In this document: positions 1-12,761 of the stretch, piece by piece
Numbering within the stretch: position 1 is the first letter of the stretch
Layout: each line of letters starts with the position of its first letter
From: Eledone cirrhosa
Lineage: Eukaryota
Length of the DNA: 64,000 nt
NCBI GenBank assembly: GCA_964016885.1
Contig: OZ024743.1
Span: 337,590,001 to 337,654,000, forward strand
Direction of reading: 5' to 3'
The notes under the pieces: generated by a model
What the model was told of the DNA's origin: nothing
Databases searched by the model: none
The model's input: only the letters and a program-made list of their open reading frames with translations
Made by a program: the position numbers and the translations under genes

Positions 1-304
1 TGATAGTAGTGGCGGTGGTGATTGGTGGTGCTGATGATAGTGGTAGTTGCTTGTGTTGTTGTTCCTTCTACAATCGTTGTTACAGTTTAGCCCTAGGTAA
101 GCCCCTGAATCACAGGTATTCCTGTTGTCCTACTTCTTTTGGGGGTCGTCTATCAACATATTCTTTCCCTTCTTTTCAGGACGGCTGGGTGTTTGAAGTT
201 GAGGGAGATTTAGCTACTATTTCTAGTAGATTGATCAACCACAGCGAGACTTCAACGTTTGTGATGAATGAACGAGAAAGACTTAGATAGATAGATAGAT
301 AGAT

Positions 305-477
305 TTATTTATTAGCCACAAGGGGGCACAAGAAAAGGGGACAATACAAAGGCACATGCCGGGGATTTTACATAGTCGTGTAAAAATATTGAAACAAACA
401 ATTATAACAATTGAAATCCTCAATAGGGGGGAGGCGCCACAAACGGGTTGTTTAATACCCCGTCGATAGAACAACCC
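305..477 (-). mobile_element. 5'-truncated 3'UTR stub of the Tx1-like LINE, in a (GATA)n tract
   Basis: Reverse complement matches the 3'UTRs at ~37997-38168 and ~52682-52855 (GGGTTGTTCTATCGACGGGGTATTAAAC...CCTTGTGGCTAATAAA). Flanked by GATA-type repeats. Confidence 0.85.
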
Positions 478-691
478 ATAGACAAACAGACAGATTGATT
501 TATTGATAGATAGAAAGATAGATTGATGAAGAGTATGAGGTGGAGTAGAGAGAGTGTGAGAGTGAGAGAAGGGGAACGGAAAAGACGAGTGTGGCAGTGT
601 AGTGAAATAAAGGAAGGATTATATATATATATAACAAGATGGCGTAGGACAGAACAAAGGAGAGGCACAAAAACAAAGAAAAGAATCCCCA

Positions 692-734
692 GTCACTGAA
701 GAGGTCACAGAATGTGTGACGAAAGAACTTTGGC
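692..734 (+). ncRNA. Minimal type I hammerhead ribozyme motif (repeat family A, 692-890)
   Basis: Stem I GTCA/TGGC; CTGAAGA at 696-702; stem II GTCACA/TGTGAC; GAAA at 721-724; short stem III AG-AA-CT plus T. Family copies at 57813-58187 and 61712-61885. Confidence 0.7.
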
Positions 735-882
735 AATATATGAACAACCGTCCGGTTGTGGAACCAACCAACCAACCGGAAATTTATAAATTCTTAAATT
801 TATAAATTTAATTTTAAATAAATTGGAGTGAAAGCAACTGGTGCGTGTGTTTCTTATTGGCAACATGACCCTCCCAAAGTAT

Positions 883-927
<45 letters not shown>

Positions 928-930
<3 letters not shown>

Positions 931-1063
931 CGAAGGAAATGTGGTAAGGAACCAGGTGGACCATAACGCACCAAAGTACTCAATACTTAGGGTAGTAGAG
1001 TAGATTCAGTCCAGAATTATCCGTCGAAACGGCTTGAGCTCACCCGTCGGGGTCTTACTTGTT

Positions 1064-1066
<3 letters not shown>
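928..1066. repeat. Rearranged copy of repeat family B (hammerhead 3' half)
   Basis: Shares TAACGAAGGAAATGTGGTAAGGAACCAGGTGGACCATAACGCACC and GTCGAAACGGCTTGAGCTC with 1988-2048, 8692-8908, 38286-38484, 52900-53102 and 59228-59442. Confidence 0.8.
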
Positions 1067-1096
<30 letters not shown>

Positions 1097-1103
<7 letters not shown>

Positions 1104-1287
1104 ATGTATAATAAACAACACAGTATAATTACCTCATTACCCGAGGTTTCCCGAACAGGACGAACACAAGAGACGTCCGTAAGGCAATATCTGACGAACG
1201 AATGCGGACGTCTCTTGTGTTCGTCCTGTTCGGGAAACCTCGGGTAATGAGGTAATTATACTGTGTTGTTTATTATACATTAAATAT
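1097..1287 (+). mobile_element. Perfect fold-back (~83-bp arms) with a hammerhead core in the spacer
   Basis: 1097-1179 is the reverse complement of 1205-1287. CTGACGA at 1191-1197, stem II CGAA/TTCG, GAAA at 1234-1237, stem III ACC/GGT plus A. Stem I is weak. Confidence 0.7.
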
Positions 1288-1349
1288 TTAGCTCTGTTAC
1301 TTACATAGAGCACTCTTCATTCCTTTTACTTTTTCCACGGAAACTTCAA

Positions 1350-1400
<51 letters not shown>

Positions 1401-1540
1401 ATATAGAGAGAGAGAGAAAGAGAGAGAGAGAGACAGACAGAGAGACATATATATAGAGAGAGTGAGTGAAGAGGGAGGTTTGAGTGTGTGAGGGGTTGGA
1501 GGAACAGATTAGAAGAGTAAGGGAAGTAAACTGAGGCACT

Positions 1541-1650
<110 letters not shown>

Positions 1651-1935
1651 CAGAGAGAGAGAGAGGGGTTGACAGGGAGAGAGAGAGAGAGAGTAAGAGT
1701 GAAAGAGAGTAAGAGTGGGTGTGGATGAAGGTGTGTGTGAAAAGTGTCAGTAATTGGAGGAAAAGAAATGAAGTGACGAAGGTGAAACAATGCGAAATAG
1801 AGAGAGAGAAAGGGGGGAGAGAAGAAGTACCAGGTGTCTGGGAGAAAAATATAGAGATATATATATATATAGAGAGAGAGAGAGTGAGAGAGAGAGAGAT
1901 AAAGAAGTACCAGGTGTATAGGGATAAAAATATGG

Positions 1936-1991
<56 letters not shown>

Positions 1992-2044
1992 CGAAGGAAA
2001 TGTGGTAAGGAACCAGGTGGACCATAACGCACCAAAGTACTCAA

Positions 2045-2107
<63 letters not shown>

Positions 2108-2200
2108 ATAACAACCCAACCAGGAACTGGGCATATCAGACTATTGACAAAGTTATACACCTCAACAACATATGTACTTGTCTATACCACACTAATTCGG

Positions 2201-2255
2201 ACTGCCTGAAGAGGTCACAGCCAAAGATGGCTGTCACTGAAATATATATAGCAGT
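2201..2255 (+). ncRNA. Type I hammerhead ribozyme motif (family C; degenerate copy at ~62095-62145)
   Basis: Stem I ACTGC/GCAGT; CTGAAGA at 2206-2212; stem II ACAGCCA/TGGCTGT; GAAA at 2239-2242; palindromic stem III ATATATAT plus A. Confidence 0.8.
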
Positions 2256-2392
2256 AATAAACGATTTTAAACATTTGACTTATTTATTTTATTTTATTTT
2301 ACATTACTCCGGAGTAACCAGACCAACCTGCGCACTTCGTCCAGTGCTCCAGCCTGCATACTGAGGTGTTGGTACACAACCAACATATACTC

Positions 2393-2440
<48 letters not shown>

Positions 2441-2561
2441 GGTTAGGGTTAGGAGGAGAAATAGAAAGAGAGGTGTTTATAAAATGAAATAAAGAGGAAG
2501 TGTTTAGGAAGAAAAATAGATAAATGGTGGGATAGGAAGTGAAATAGAGAGAGAGAAAGAG

Positions 2562-2632
<71 letters not shown>

Positions 2633-3076
2633 CGTGAGTGAGGGAGGTGTGTATGTGAGAGAGGGTATGTATGTGCCTATGAGAGTGTGTAAGAGTGTGT
2701 GAGTGGTATGTGTGTGTGTGTGTTTATGAAAGAAATTAAGCAAGGTTGTTTAAATGGTAGTTATCAATAGAGTCCAAATGAAACTGATAGTATCGCAGCT
2801 TGGCTGAACCCATGAAGAATATAGTCACATACAGACACACACATGTACACAGACACAAACATACACACACAGATATGTATAATAAAATAACAGGAGGCTG
2901 ACCATACGCAATGACCAGTTCTATCCAGTGGTGAACCAACAAACCTAAATATATATATTATCTTACTGGTAATAGGATAGTAATTAATGACTATCTCTCA
3001 CTATTTAGGGTTTGTATATATAATATATTACCATTAAAGGTTTTATTGCATACATAACCATAAATAGTACCCTTAA

Positions 3077-3133
<57 letters not shown>

Positions 3134-3135
<2 letters not shown>

Positions 3136-3300
3136 ACATTTCCCGGCGTCGAAGACGCTACTTTTTTTCTAAATTAAGTCTCACAAATCTACCATGTGTC
3201 CTGGAGGCCGAAGATTATTTATTATTTTGCTTCAAATTTTTGGTTGTCAAAATTCGGGTGCGTCTTCGAGGACGAAGCGTCTTCAGCGCCGGGAAATACG

Positions 3301-3301
<1 letters not shown>
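3134..3301. mobile_element. Tc1/mariner(pogo)-type MITE
   Basis: TIRs CCACATTTCCCGGCGTCGAAGACGC / GCGTCTTCAGCGCCGGGAAATACGG, within (TA)n. Confidence 0.7.
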
Positions 3302-3341
<40 letters not shown>

Positions 3342-3734
3342 ATTGCCGGCATTTCTTTCATCGCAATGATCAGGGACGTAAGTCGAGGAAGCCTATGAGA
3401 CCCGGATCTGACTTGGCCTTAATTCTGTGGTCACTGAAATAAGACGCAAGCCAGTGAGATAAAACTTCCAACAGCTCTGCAAACCTGTTTGACCAACACA
3501 GTCAAATTTGTTTCGCTTCATCTTCCAACCCCATAAAGACGCCTGGTTCTTTTGTCCGACATTCTTACGACTCTGCCAATCAACACCTCTCTTATTGTTT
3601 AATAATAGTTTCAGATTCAAAACTGGTTTCAGTTTCACTTTCACTTCGTTTAATCAGGTGTTCTTATCTAATACACAAGAATTAACTATATGACATTTAT
3701 ACAATTAAATTGTTTAATATATTATTCAAAACAT

Positions 3735-4048
3735 GAATCTTGGGTAATGACAGAAAGAATAGGATCATGAATACAAGCCGGAAGGGGCTCCACCAAAAGG
3801 TCCTTGGAGTAACGTTACTCGATAGAGTGCGTAACTCGGAGATCAGAGAGCTGCTACTTCTACGAATTGAGACATCCCCGGCTGGTCTCCCTTGAGGATA
3901 CAGTCAGGTTAAATGGAGACGGCTGCTTCTGACAGGACCAGCTGGAAGGGGTCTTTGAGAAATCTGCTTCCACGACCCTAAAGAAGAAGAAGAAGAAGAA
4001 GAAGAAGAAGAAGAAGAAGAAGAAGAAGAAGAAGAAGAAGAAGAAGAA
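3735..4048 (+). mobile_element. Decayed RTE-like LINE 3' fragment with (GAA)n tail
   Basis: Translates partly to ...KVLGVTLLDRVRNSEIRE...LLLRIET and ends ...LLPRP before (GAA)n. Confidence 0.5.
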
Positions 4049-4246
4049 ATAATGTACTATTCAGATTATGCGTGTACCTGGACGCAGCACATAGGACATC
4101 GGAAAGCTACAAAAGCTTCGCAAAAGAAGAAATAAATGAAATCTAACTTTTCAAGAGAAATTTAATACTGTTCTATTAAAACACATAGGCCTTTATTTAG
4201 AACAAATTTCGTACATCATAGCTATATTTAAACTGATATATATAAA

Positions 4247-4372
<126 letters not shown>

Positions 4373-4704
4373 CTCGCGCGCGTGTGTGATTGTAGACACC
4401 TGACCATTTTTGCAGACCTCACCTTCCTTTAGCAGAGCATTTTTATATTGCCACTCAATGAAAAGCATTTGTTTGCTTGGAATAAATGAACCTTGAAAAT
4501 TGTGAGCGCATGTTAGTGTGTTTGTGTACTTGATTTTACTTTTGCTTTTGTATCACTGTGTATTTTTCTCTAAATATAGTTTATAGTATTTTTTAAAGAA
4601 TCCCCATTCTTTAAATCCATCAACCAATGACCTCCGGCCCTCCCAATCACCACCCTCCCCTACCACCAGAAAATGTATAAATACCACCATTTTTCATTGA
4701 CAGT

Positions 4705-4758
4705 TGGCTTTCCTGATGATTTCCTCCGAATGAAACAGTTCTAGTCCTGTAGAAGCCA
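4705..4758 (+). ncRNA. Type I hammerhead ribozyme motif (family D; fold-back copy at ~53270-53455)
   Basis: Stem I TGGCTT(T)C/GAAGCCA; CTGATGA at 4713-4719; stem II TTC/GAA; GAAA at 4732-4735; stem III ACAG/CTGT; GUA triplet. Confidence 0.7.
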
Positions 4759-5296
4759 TTTCTAAATTAAATATTTATACTCTGCTATGTATTGAGTACC
4801 TTACTTTCTGTGGTTTCCCCCGATTGATCCCGAGATAAACATATATATATATTGCGTAATTCTTTTCTTTCGCACGCTTGGTCAGGCTGGTTTGCCTTTT
4901 TTCTCTCTCTCGTCTACGATTTCACAGAACTTATGTTCACCGAATTCACAGACTAGATTCCTTCTTCCTCCCGTTAGACCTGTACGAAATTCCTTCCTTG
5001 CTCACATTCCAGCCAGGTTTGATGGTCTTTATTCTCTCTCGTTCACGATTTCACCGAACTTATATTCATGGAAATTTAGGACTTGACTCGTTCTTCCCCA
5101 CTTTTCGTTGCTTCACCATCTTTGTTTGCTTACACTCTCGCTGTCCCCTTTATTTACGCGTCCCAACGACTTTTTTTAGCCGTTGCTCGTTAAAGCGAAG
5201 AAATACCTGTGATGGTTGGAAGATCACTGATGAGGACCACTTTATTCATATATATATATATATATATATATGCATATAGATACATATATATATATA

Positions 5297-5394
5297 CACG
5301 GTGTCCCAAAAGATGTATACACATTTTTACTACCTGTACAGGCAATATTTAGTAGAGTGCTGGTGAATTGTGCATACATTTTTGGGTGTCCCTG
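5297..5394. mobile_element. ~100-bp Tc1/mariner MITE
   Basis: TIR CA(C/G)GGTGTCCCAAAA.ATGTATACA; second copy at 17177-17274 with TA flanks. Confidence 0.7.
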
Positions 5395-5397
5395 CAC

Positions 5398-5467
<70 letters not shown>

Positions 5468-5472
<5 letters not shown>

Positions 5473-5677
5473 AGAAAAACCACAGACCGTCCATCTCAAC
5501 TCTACTTTTGAAAAGCAGAAGAACTGCGAAACCGGTAAAGGAACCAAATAAATATATATATATATTTTTAAATACGACTGCAGTTGCATTTTCGATTTCA
5601 TCTTTTTTTCTTTATACTTTCACTCGTGTAGGACACCTCGGTTATTTATCATTTTGTAAAAAACCTCACTTTCTAAT
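5468..5677 (+). repeat. Unclassified dispersed repeat (~210 bp)
   Basis: Near-identical copy at 22037-22260. Confidence 0.8.
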
Positions 5678-5784
5678 ATATATATATATATATATAGCGG
5701 ACAGTACTTGATTTAGGAGTCGCAGAAACCCAAATGCTGGATTTTCACCAACCATCCAAGGGTCCGGATAAATTTTTCAATAAT

Positions 5785-5989
5785 ATTTTTTTTATTTGTT
5801 TGACCCGAATTACTTGGTCGTTTCTATGGCTGTGCTGATAATGGTTTAATCATCGTCTCAGTGTGTTTGGCCTTTTAACGTATGTTGTAGCTCTGGTTCG
5901 TTAGAATTTATTGAGCGTTTGCCACACATCTCGGAAGTTGTTTTTCGCTAATTTCCAAAGACGAAATACGATTCACGGTAATTTATATT

Positions 5990-5995
<6 letters not shown>
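5785..5995. repeat. Unclassified dispersed repeat
   Basis: Reverse-complement copy at ~13148-13352. Confidence 0.75.
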
Positions 5996-6035
<40 letters not shown>

Positions 6036-6069
6036 AAAGCATGGCGTCCGACCCTCTACCGATACTGCC

Positions 6070-6128
<59 letters not shown>

Positions 6129-6135
6129 CATACAT

Positions 6136-6283
<148 letters not shown>

Positions 6284-6284
6284 G

Positions 6285-6324
<40 letters not shown>

Positions 6325-6331
<7 letters not shown>

Positions 6332-6512
6332 GGCAGTATCGGTAGAGGGTCGGACGCCATGCTTTGACGCATAGAGTTACGGCCCTTGCCATTCTGAGTT
6401 CAAATCCCGCCGAGGTTAACATTGCCTTTCATCCTTACGGGGTCGATAAAATAAAGTACCAGTAATGCACTGGGTAATTGCTGGTCTTGTGCCAAAAATT
6501 AGAAACAATTAT
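6325..6512 (+). mobile_element. tRNA-derived SINE
   Basis: A-box-like TGGCAGTATCGG, B-box GAGTTCAAATCCC, conserved body GCCTTTCATCCTTACGGGGTCGATAAA, ATT-rich tail. Confidence 0.85.
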
Positions 6513-6572
6513 ACGGCCCTTGTGGCCAATAAATGAAATCATTATTATAAGAATCATTATTATAAGGATCAA

Positions 6573-6766
6573 GGGCGGTGGATTGGCAGTATCGGTAGAG
6601 GGTCGGACGCCATGCTTTCCAGCATAATTACGTCCCTTTACGATCTGAGTTCAAATCCCGCCGAGGTTGACTTTGCCTTTCATCCTTACGGGGTCGATAA
6701 AATAAAAGTACCAGTAATGCACTGAGTAATTGCTGGCCTTGTGCCTGAAGTAGAAACAATTATTAT
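6573..6766 (+). mobile_element. tRNA-derived SINE, full-length
   Basis: GGCGGTGGATTGGCAGTATCGG...GAGTTCAAATCC...GTAGAAACAATTATTA. ATTATTATAAGGATCA occurs on both sides, consistent with a target duplication. Confidence 0.85.
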
Positions 6767-7279
6767 AAGGATCATTTGCCCTACTGTTAATCTTATACCG
6801 TACCGGTAGCAATTGAGCTATTAATCTCTCTGATTTCATTTCATTCAAGTCTATCTCCCTGGGGGTGGGTTTATAAATTGCTTAACAGGTGGGATGGTGC
6901 CTTGAGTAAACGAGGGAAATCTTAATGGAACCAAAGTAAGAACTAAAATAAATGAAACAAGATCAAAAGATAGACTTGAATGAAATTAAATGAAACAGAT
7001 AAATTTATCAATTGCTATTGAAACGGTATAATTTTAACCTCAAGAAGAGAATCCCTATAATATCTACATTCTATAAAATACGAAGGTGAATAGTTATAGA
7101 CTAAATGCAATAGAATGTATTGAAGGATAGATGACAAATGAGGAAAGAAATTGTTAACATGAACTCACCGAGTAAAAATGAAGCAAGGGAGATAACTTCA
7201 AACTGTAGTCAGTAGTCACAAAGGAACCAAACACCCACTGTCACTACCTGTCTCTCCCGCTCTCCCTATCTCTAACTAT

Positions 7280-7815
7280 TGTGACCAAATGGGGGTCCAC
7301 GCGCTGGTTGACCACGCATTCCCCGGTGGACAGAATAGAGAAGCCGTTTCACCGGAGGAGGGTGAGGGAGACACACTGGAAGCGCCTCTCCAGCTCGCAA
7401 GGCTCACACCTGCGGGTAGCCAACTCTGTGCCGATGGTGAGAGTAGAGAGGTGGCAATATGGCCAAGGACACCAGAAACCGGTCTTAACTCGCCTTATCT
7501 AGTAACATCTCATGAATATATAGATGGTAAGAAACTGTCAGGAGAGCTGGGTACCAGAAGGTCTTGAGTTAAAAAAAACCCAAGCGAGTGTTTCGGCCCT
7601 TAACTTCTTAGACTCTAAGGGGGCTGGGCTGCATCTAGGTCATGACTCCTGGGTGTCCTTCTGCTGACATCTAGCCATTCAGATATCGGAGACTTTCTGT
7701 GTATTTAAACCGTATGGAGATTTTGTTGGCTGGGTCTAGTTGTAACTCCTCTCCGTTGCCTCTGCTTTCAAACTTATATTTAAACTCTAATAGTATGTTT
7801 TATTAGAAGGCTACA
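7280..7815. mobile_element. Candidate solo LTR
   Basis: GC-richer block bounded by TGTGACC...GGCTACA; flanks ACTAT/ACAAT (1 mismatch). One terminus recurs inverted at ~8226-8250. Confidence 0.35.
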
Positions 7816-7839
7816 ACAATGCAAATGAGACATTACATG

Positions 7840-8026
7840 TTAATAATAATTGTTTCTACTTTTGGCACAAGGCCAACAAATAACAAAATAATTTATTGTA
7901 TCAACCCCGTAAGGATGAAAGGCACAGTTAACCTCGGCGGGATTTGAACTCAGACCATAAAGGGCCGTAACTCTATGCTGCAAAACATGGCGTCCTGCCC
8001 TCAACCGATACTGCCAATCCACCGCC
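7840..8026 (-). mobile_element. tRNA-derived SINE
   Basis: Reverse complement of the SINE at 6573-6766. Confidence 0.85.
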
Positions 8027-8320
8027 ATTACACGTTAATACTAATGATAAAGATGCAGGAATGTGACCTTGGAATTGTTTATTACTCCTTATATTTCGGG
8101 GTAAAATCCCTTCAACAACAGGAAAAAGGAGGAAATTCACAAAGCGATTATATTTGAAATATAAGGACTATCAAGTAAACTCAATTTAACATTATTCTTA
8201 ACATTTAATGTTCCATTTACATTGCTGTAGCCTTCTAATGAATCATACTATTTTCTATACGTTACACATATGAGGGTATATATACACACACACACATACA
8301 CAGACAAAGATAAAGACACA

Positions 8321-8426
<106 letters not shown>

Positions 8427-8465
8427 TAGAAAAAGGAACCAAGTTAGACTTAGAATAATCTTTAT

Positions 8466-8602
8466 TTTACATGTTTCAATATAGAGCGGCGGGCCATACC
8501 ACGATATATACGAGGCATTTGATCATCGCTCTACATATCCTCAGGAGTCTAGATGTTGTTTCAAGTGTCAACTGTATTACGTACATGAGATGGCTCCATT
8601 CA
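8466..8602 (-). ncRNA. Variant or degenerate hammerhead motif with a long stem-II loop
   Basis: Minus strand reads CCGATGA-A-TGGAGC...GCTCTA-TATT-GAAACATGTA (palindromic ACATGT). Stem I is weak. Confidence 0.35.
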
Positions 8603-8632
8603 TCGGATGAATTATGGAATACCCCAATATCA

Positions 8633-8691
<59 letters not shown>

Positions 8692-8697
<6 letters not shown>

Positions 8698-8908
8698 AAC
8701 GAGTAGGACCCCGCGGCTGAGCTCAAGCCGTTTCGACGGCTAATTCTGGACTCAGTCTTCAGACTTCAGTCCAGAATTAGCCGTCGAAACGGCTTGAGCT
8801 CAGCCGTCGGCGTCCTACTCGTTCCTATTACCCACTCTACTACCCTAAGTATTGAGTACTTTGGTGCGTTATGGTCCACCTGGTTCCTTACCACATTTCC
8901 TTCGTTAT
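8692..8908 (+). mobile_element. Family B fold-back element with hammerhead parts
   Basis: 8692-8752 is inverted with 8768-8828. GAAACGGCT-TGAGCTC-AGCCGTC forms stem III with a GUC triplet. CTGAAGA lies on the minus strand at 8756-8762. Flanked by (TA)n. Confidence 0.75.
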
Positions 8909-9766
8909 ATATATATATATATATATAATTAGAAATAGAGGCTTTCACAGTAATTTTGACTAAAGAAATTTTAGCCTGATAGTGGGGTTTAGAACTCTCA
9001 AAGAAATGGAAAAGGATTAGTATTGACGTAAAATACTCATCTTTTTCCATTTCTTTCTGGGTTCTAATCCGTACAACCAGGCTAAAATTTGTGTAGTAAA
9101 AAATACGGCGCAAGCGACTATTTGTAATTTCAATATCGTTCGCTGTTTCAAAACGTATATATATATATATAAGAGAGTATTGAAGTTTGCTTGAAGCATT
9201 GTGGAGTAATAAGTAAATATCTTTAAGTCGTTTGGAAGCCTCGACAATGCAAATGGATAAATCTCCGGGTAACAAGATCCGGTGGTGGAGAGAGAGATGT
9301 AAGTGGGTGTACGTTGAGATGCGTGGTGTGTATAAGACGTGTAGAAGAATGAAGGAAAGAGTATAAAGGATAAAATAAAAATAACAACACGAGAGAGAGT
9401 TACCTTGGGAGAGATTTAATTGTCCCTATATATTTCGGATTCACATCCATCAACTGGGGTTTTTTTCCGGGGTGGGGGAAAGGTTGTCTGTCGGAAAGGT
9501 GCGAAACGCGTCCTCCGCTGTTTGTTGTTTTGAATATTTGAGGTATTCAGCAGAGCGCGCGTGCGCGTGAAATGGAGTCGGTCGGGCAGAGGTCAGCGGC
9601 CGAATGAGGGAGTGGGTGGCGCTAGCTGTCAGTCCATTCTCTGCCTGTTTGTTAAATGTTACTGTGTGTGTGTGTGCGTGTGTTGTTGCCTTGTTCCTCT
9701 GTATTGGCAGTGTAGTATGTTCGTATGGTGGAATGCTACTGTGTGTGTGTGCGTGTGTAGTTGTCT

Positions 9767-9814
<48 letters not shown>

Positions 9815-9875
9815 CGTGTGTAGTTGTCTCGTTTGTGTGTGTGTGTGTGCGTGTGTTGCTGCATCGTTTGTTAAC

Positions 9876-11283
9876 TTAAACCAGCCATCTCATTTCGCTT
9901 CTCTCGGATCGATTGTTTATTTGCGGTTGCAGACGCTTGATAAAAAGCGCTTCCTTGATACGTAACGTGCCGACGTTTCTTTCAGTCGCTAGAATTGTGA
10001 CAATGGGCCTTCCGTCTTTGTTTCCGCATTTGTCTGTGTTTCCGGAAAGACGAGGCCCTGGTTTTAGTGTGTTCCTTGATCCGGATGTGCAAAGGTCGGA
10101 TTGTGCTACCTATGTAGTATTGGTTGCACCTGTCACATTCTATCTTATACACGACGTATGTGCGTAGGCAACAGTTCGCATGGCGTATCGGGCAGTCTCT
10201 GACGGAGCATGCGTCAGTAGATTTTTCGGGTTTCCTGGAGAGGCATCTTCGCAGGGAGGGGCCCGAGTGGGCCAGGTGGATGTCGAGGCCCTCCCTCCGT
10301 ATAGCCTTGCGGATAGCGTTGGTGGTATTCTCGCCCAGGTGTGACATTTTAAGGAAGCACTTGCCTTGGGTGCCTCTCTGTCTCTTGTGCCTGGTGTCTC
10401 CTATTCTGTCTGTGAGCGAGGTAGGGTACCCGTTCGTATCCAGCACCTCGAGGAATCGCTTGGTATGAGTGACACCACTCGCGGGATCGCTGCATCTGTT
10501 TTTGATTCGCGCGATCTCGTTCGTGATGTATCCTCTTTTGGCACTGTTAGGGAGGGCGGACTTGTAGTGAACGAACAGGTCCCTGGAGGCTGCCTTTCGG
10601 TAGAAGTTGCAGTGGATCCTTCCCTGTTCCGTGATGTTAATTCGGAAGTCGAGGAGGGCAAGTGACCCGTCTTCGTTGGGATGTTCAACACTGAAGTCAA
10701 TGTTCTCGTCCGTGTTGTTGAACGTCTCATAGATTCTGTTCGCCGTGTCTTGGGAAGATGTGAGGATGAGGATATCGTCCACGTACCTTGAGAAAAAGGC
10801 TACGGCGTTGGGGTGGCAGGCGTTGAGTGCCTTGCGCTCGAGGTTGTCCATGTAAGAGATCGCTAGCACACCTGACAGGCTTGATCCCATGGGCAATCCC
10901 GAGGTTTGTTGGTATGTTTGGTCAAGGAATCCGAAGTAGCTGTTGTCGACGATGATGGATAGGAGTTGGTGGATGTCAGTGGTGGTGAGCCCGAAGCAGT
11001 GTAGGTCGGTGGATTGGACGCGTTCCATCAGTATATTGACGGCTGGGAGTGCCGGGACCGAGGTGTAGAGAGCGACTACATCAAGGCTGAAGGCATATCT
11101 GTTATTCCTTCTGGTGTCGGGATCCATTTGATGCAGGCGCTTCAACACCTCCTCGGAGCTGTTAACGTGTCCCGGCAAGGTGTCTAAGATGGGTTTGAGT
11201 ATTCTGGCTAGGAGCCATAAAAATTTGTAGAGTGATCCTCCACGCTCGATACGATGGGCCTGATCTTCAGGTCGGGTCCCTGT
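9876..11283 (-). pseudogene. Penelope RT + GIY-YIG endonuclease, frameshifted
   Basis: Motifs SLDVVALYTSVP, QTSGLPMGSSLS, RYVDD, LALLDF, VVYKIECDRCNQYYIGSTIRPLHIRIKEH. After frameshifts near 10030-9980 it reads KEALFIKRLQPQINNR to TAA at 9878-9876. Confidence 0.9.
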
Positions 11284-11556
11284 TCGGGTCCAAGGTCACG
11301 GGAATCACTCCCGCGCAGATAGAAGAGCACATCAACGCCGCTTGGACCAACATCTGCGACCGGCGGAAGCTCCCGAAGAAGCTGAGATACAACCTCCTCA
11401 CGAGGAACAGCAGACTACCCGCCTTCTACCACCTCCTGAAAACACACAAACAGGGACCCGACCTGAAGATCAGGCCCATCGTATCGAGCGTGGAGGGATC
11501 ACTCTACAAAATTTCATGGCTCCTAGCCAGAATACTCAAACCCATCTTAGACACCT
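11283..11556 (+). pseudogene. Inverted N-terminal piece of the same Penelope RT
   Basis: LPAFYHLLKTHK...KIRPIVS. 11450-11556 duplicates 11177-11283 in opposite orientation. Confidence 0.85.
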
Positions 11557-11896
11557 GCTGAATACCTCAGATATTCAAAACAACAAACAGCGGAGGACGC
11601 GTTTCGCACCTTTCCGACAGACAACCTTTCCCCCACCCCGGAAAAACCCCCCAGTTGATGGATGTGAATCCGAAATATATAGGGACAATTAAATCTCTTC
11701 CAAGGTAACTCTCTCTCGTGTTGTTATTTTTATTTTATCCTTTATACTCTTTCCTTCATTCTTCTACACGTCTTATACACACCACGCATCTCAACGTACA
11801 CCCACTTACATCTCTCTCTCCACCACCGGATCTTGTTACCCGGAGATTTACCCATTTGCATTGTCGAGGCTTCCAAACGACTTAAAGATATTTACA

Positions 11897-11949
<53 letters not shown>

Positions 11950-12247
11950 TTTTGTCTTTGCACACGGCACCAGCCAGAATTATTTCTTCTATCATATACT
12001 GTCATCTGCGAATGGTTTTGTATGGCGTCAGTTTGTGATTTGAACTCGGGAATTTTATATTCTCCGAGTGAGAAGAGCTTTCTGAAGATGGTTCCCGTCT
12101 CAATGGAAGTCCGCTTGGATTATCCGTTTATTCTAGAACTTGAAACCGCGGTAAAGGCACATATAATAAGTACAGCGAATTTTTTTAAATTTATTTAAAA
12201 ACTTTTTCTCTATTTGCTAGACCTTGATTTTATATATATATATATAC

Positions 12248-12431
12248 TTGTTTCTACTTTTGGCACAAGGCCAGCAATTATCCCAGTGTATTACTGGTAC
12301 TTTATTTTATCGACCCCGTAAGGATGAAAGGCAAAGTTAACCTCGGCGGAATTTGAACTCAGAATGGCAAGGGCCGTAACTCTATGCATCAAAGCATGGC
12401 GACCGACCCTCTACCAATACTGCCAATCCAA
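12248..12431 (-). mobile_element. tRNA-derived SINE
   Basis: Same family as 6573-6766. Confidence 0.85.
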
Positions 12432-12585
12432 TATATACATAATATATATACAAATGTAATCTGAGTTTTTCGAATATTAATAATAACATTCGATTCGTTT
12501 GCAATTATACAAACAAGCCTCATTTTTATAGCCATGTCAGTAGAAGGAACCCTTCATTCTTTCTCTTGTGTTGGCATGTAAACAG

Positions 12586-12633
12586 AACTGCAGACACTAA
12601 TGTTTCTGGGTATCACCCTTCATCAGTACAGCT
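12586..12633 (-). ncRNA. Type I hammerhead ribozyme motif inside fold-back element 12452-12980
   Basis: Minus strand reads AGCTGTA-CTGATGA-A-GGG-TGATA-CCC-A-GAAA-CAT-TA-GTG-TC-TGCAGTT. All three stems form; GUC triplet. Confidence 0.85.
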
Positions 12634-12761
12634 CACTGTTCACCTGCCAAACTGTCAGAGCTAGTGAAAATATGCTATTTTCTAAAATATACAGTGACTG
12701 ATAGGCCCGATTTGCATATTAGCAGGCTGAGGCTTGTTTGTATAATTGCAAACGAATCCAG

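Larger units (their letters stand above)
9213..11895 (-). mobile_element. Penelope-like retroelement, 5'-truncated, with inverted pseudo-LTRs
   Basis: RT plus GIY-YIG coding region. ~340-bp repeats 9213-9553 and 11555-11895 are near-identical reverse complements. Confidence 0.92.

Noticed and set aside
2440-2453. GGGTTAGGGTTAGG telomere-like repeat
   Set aside because: Only about two units.
5228-5245. Isolated CTGATGA (also CTGACGA ~13235, CTGAAGA ~44693 and ~55520 minus strand)
   Set aside because: No convincing GAAA and stem set; at best decayed or truncated ribozymes.
6573-6665. tRNA gene
   Set aside because: A and B boxes are present but belong to a multicopy SINE with no convincing cloverleaf.
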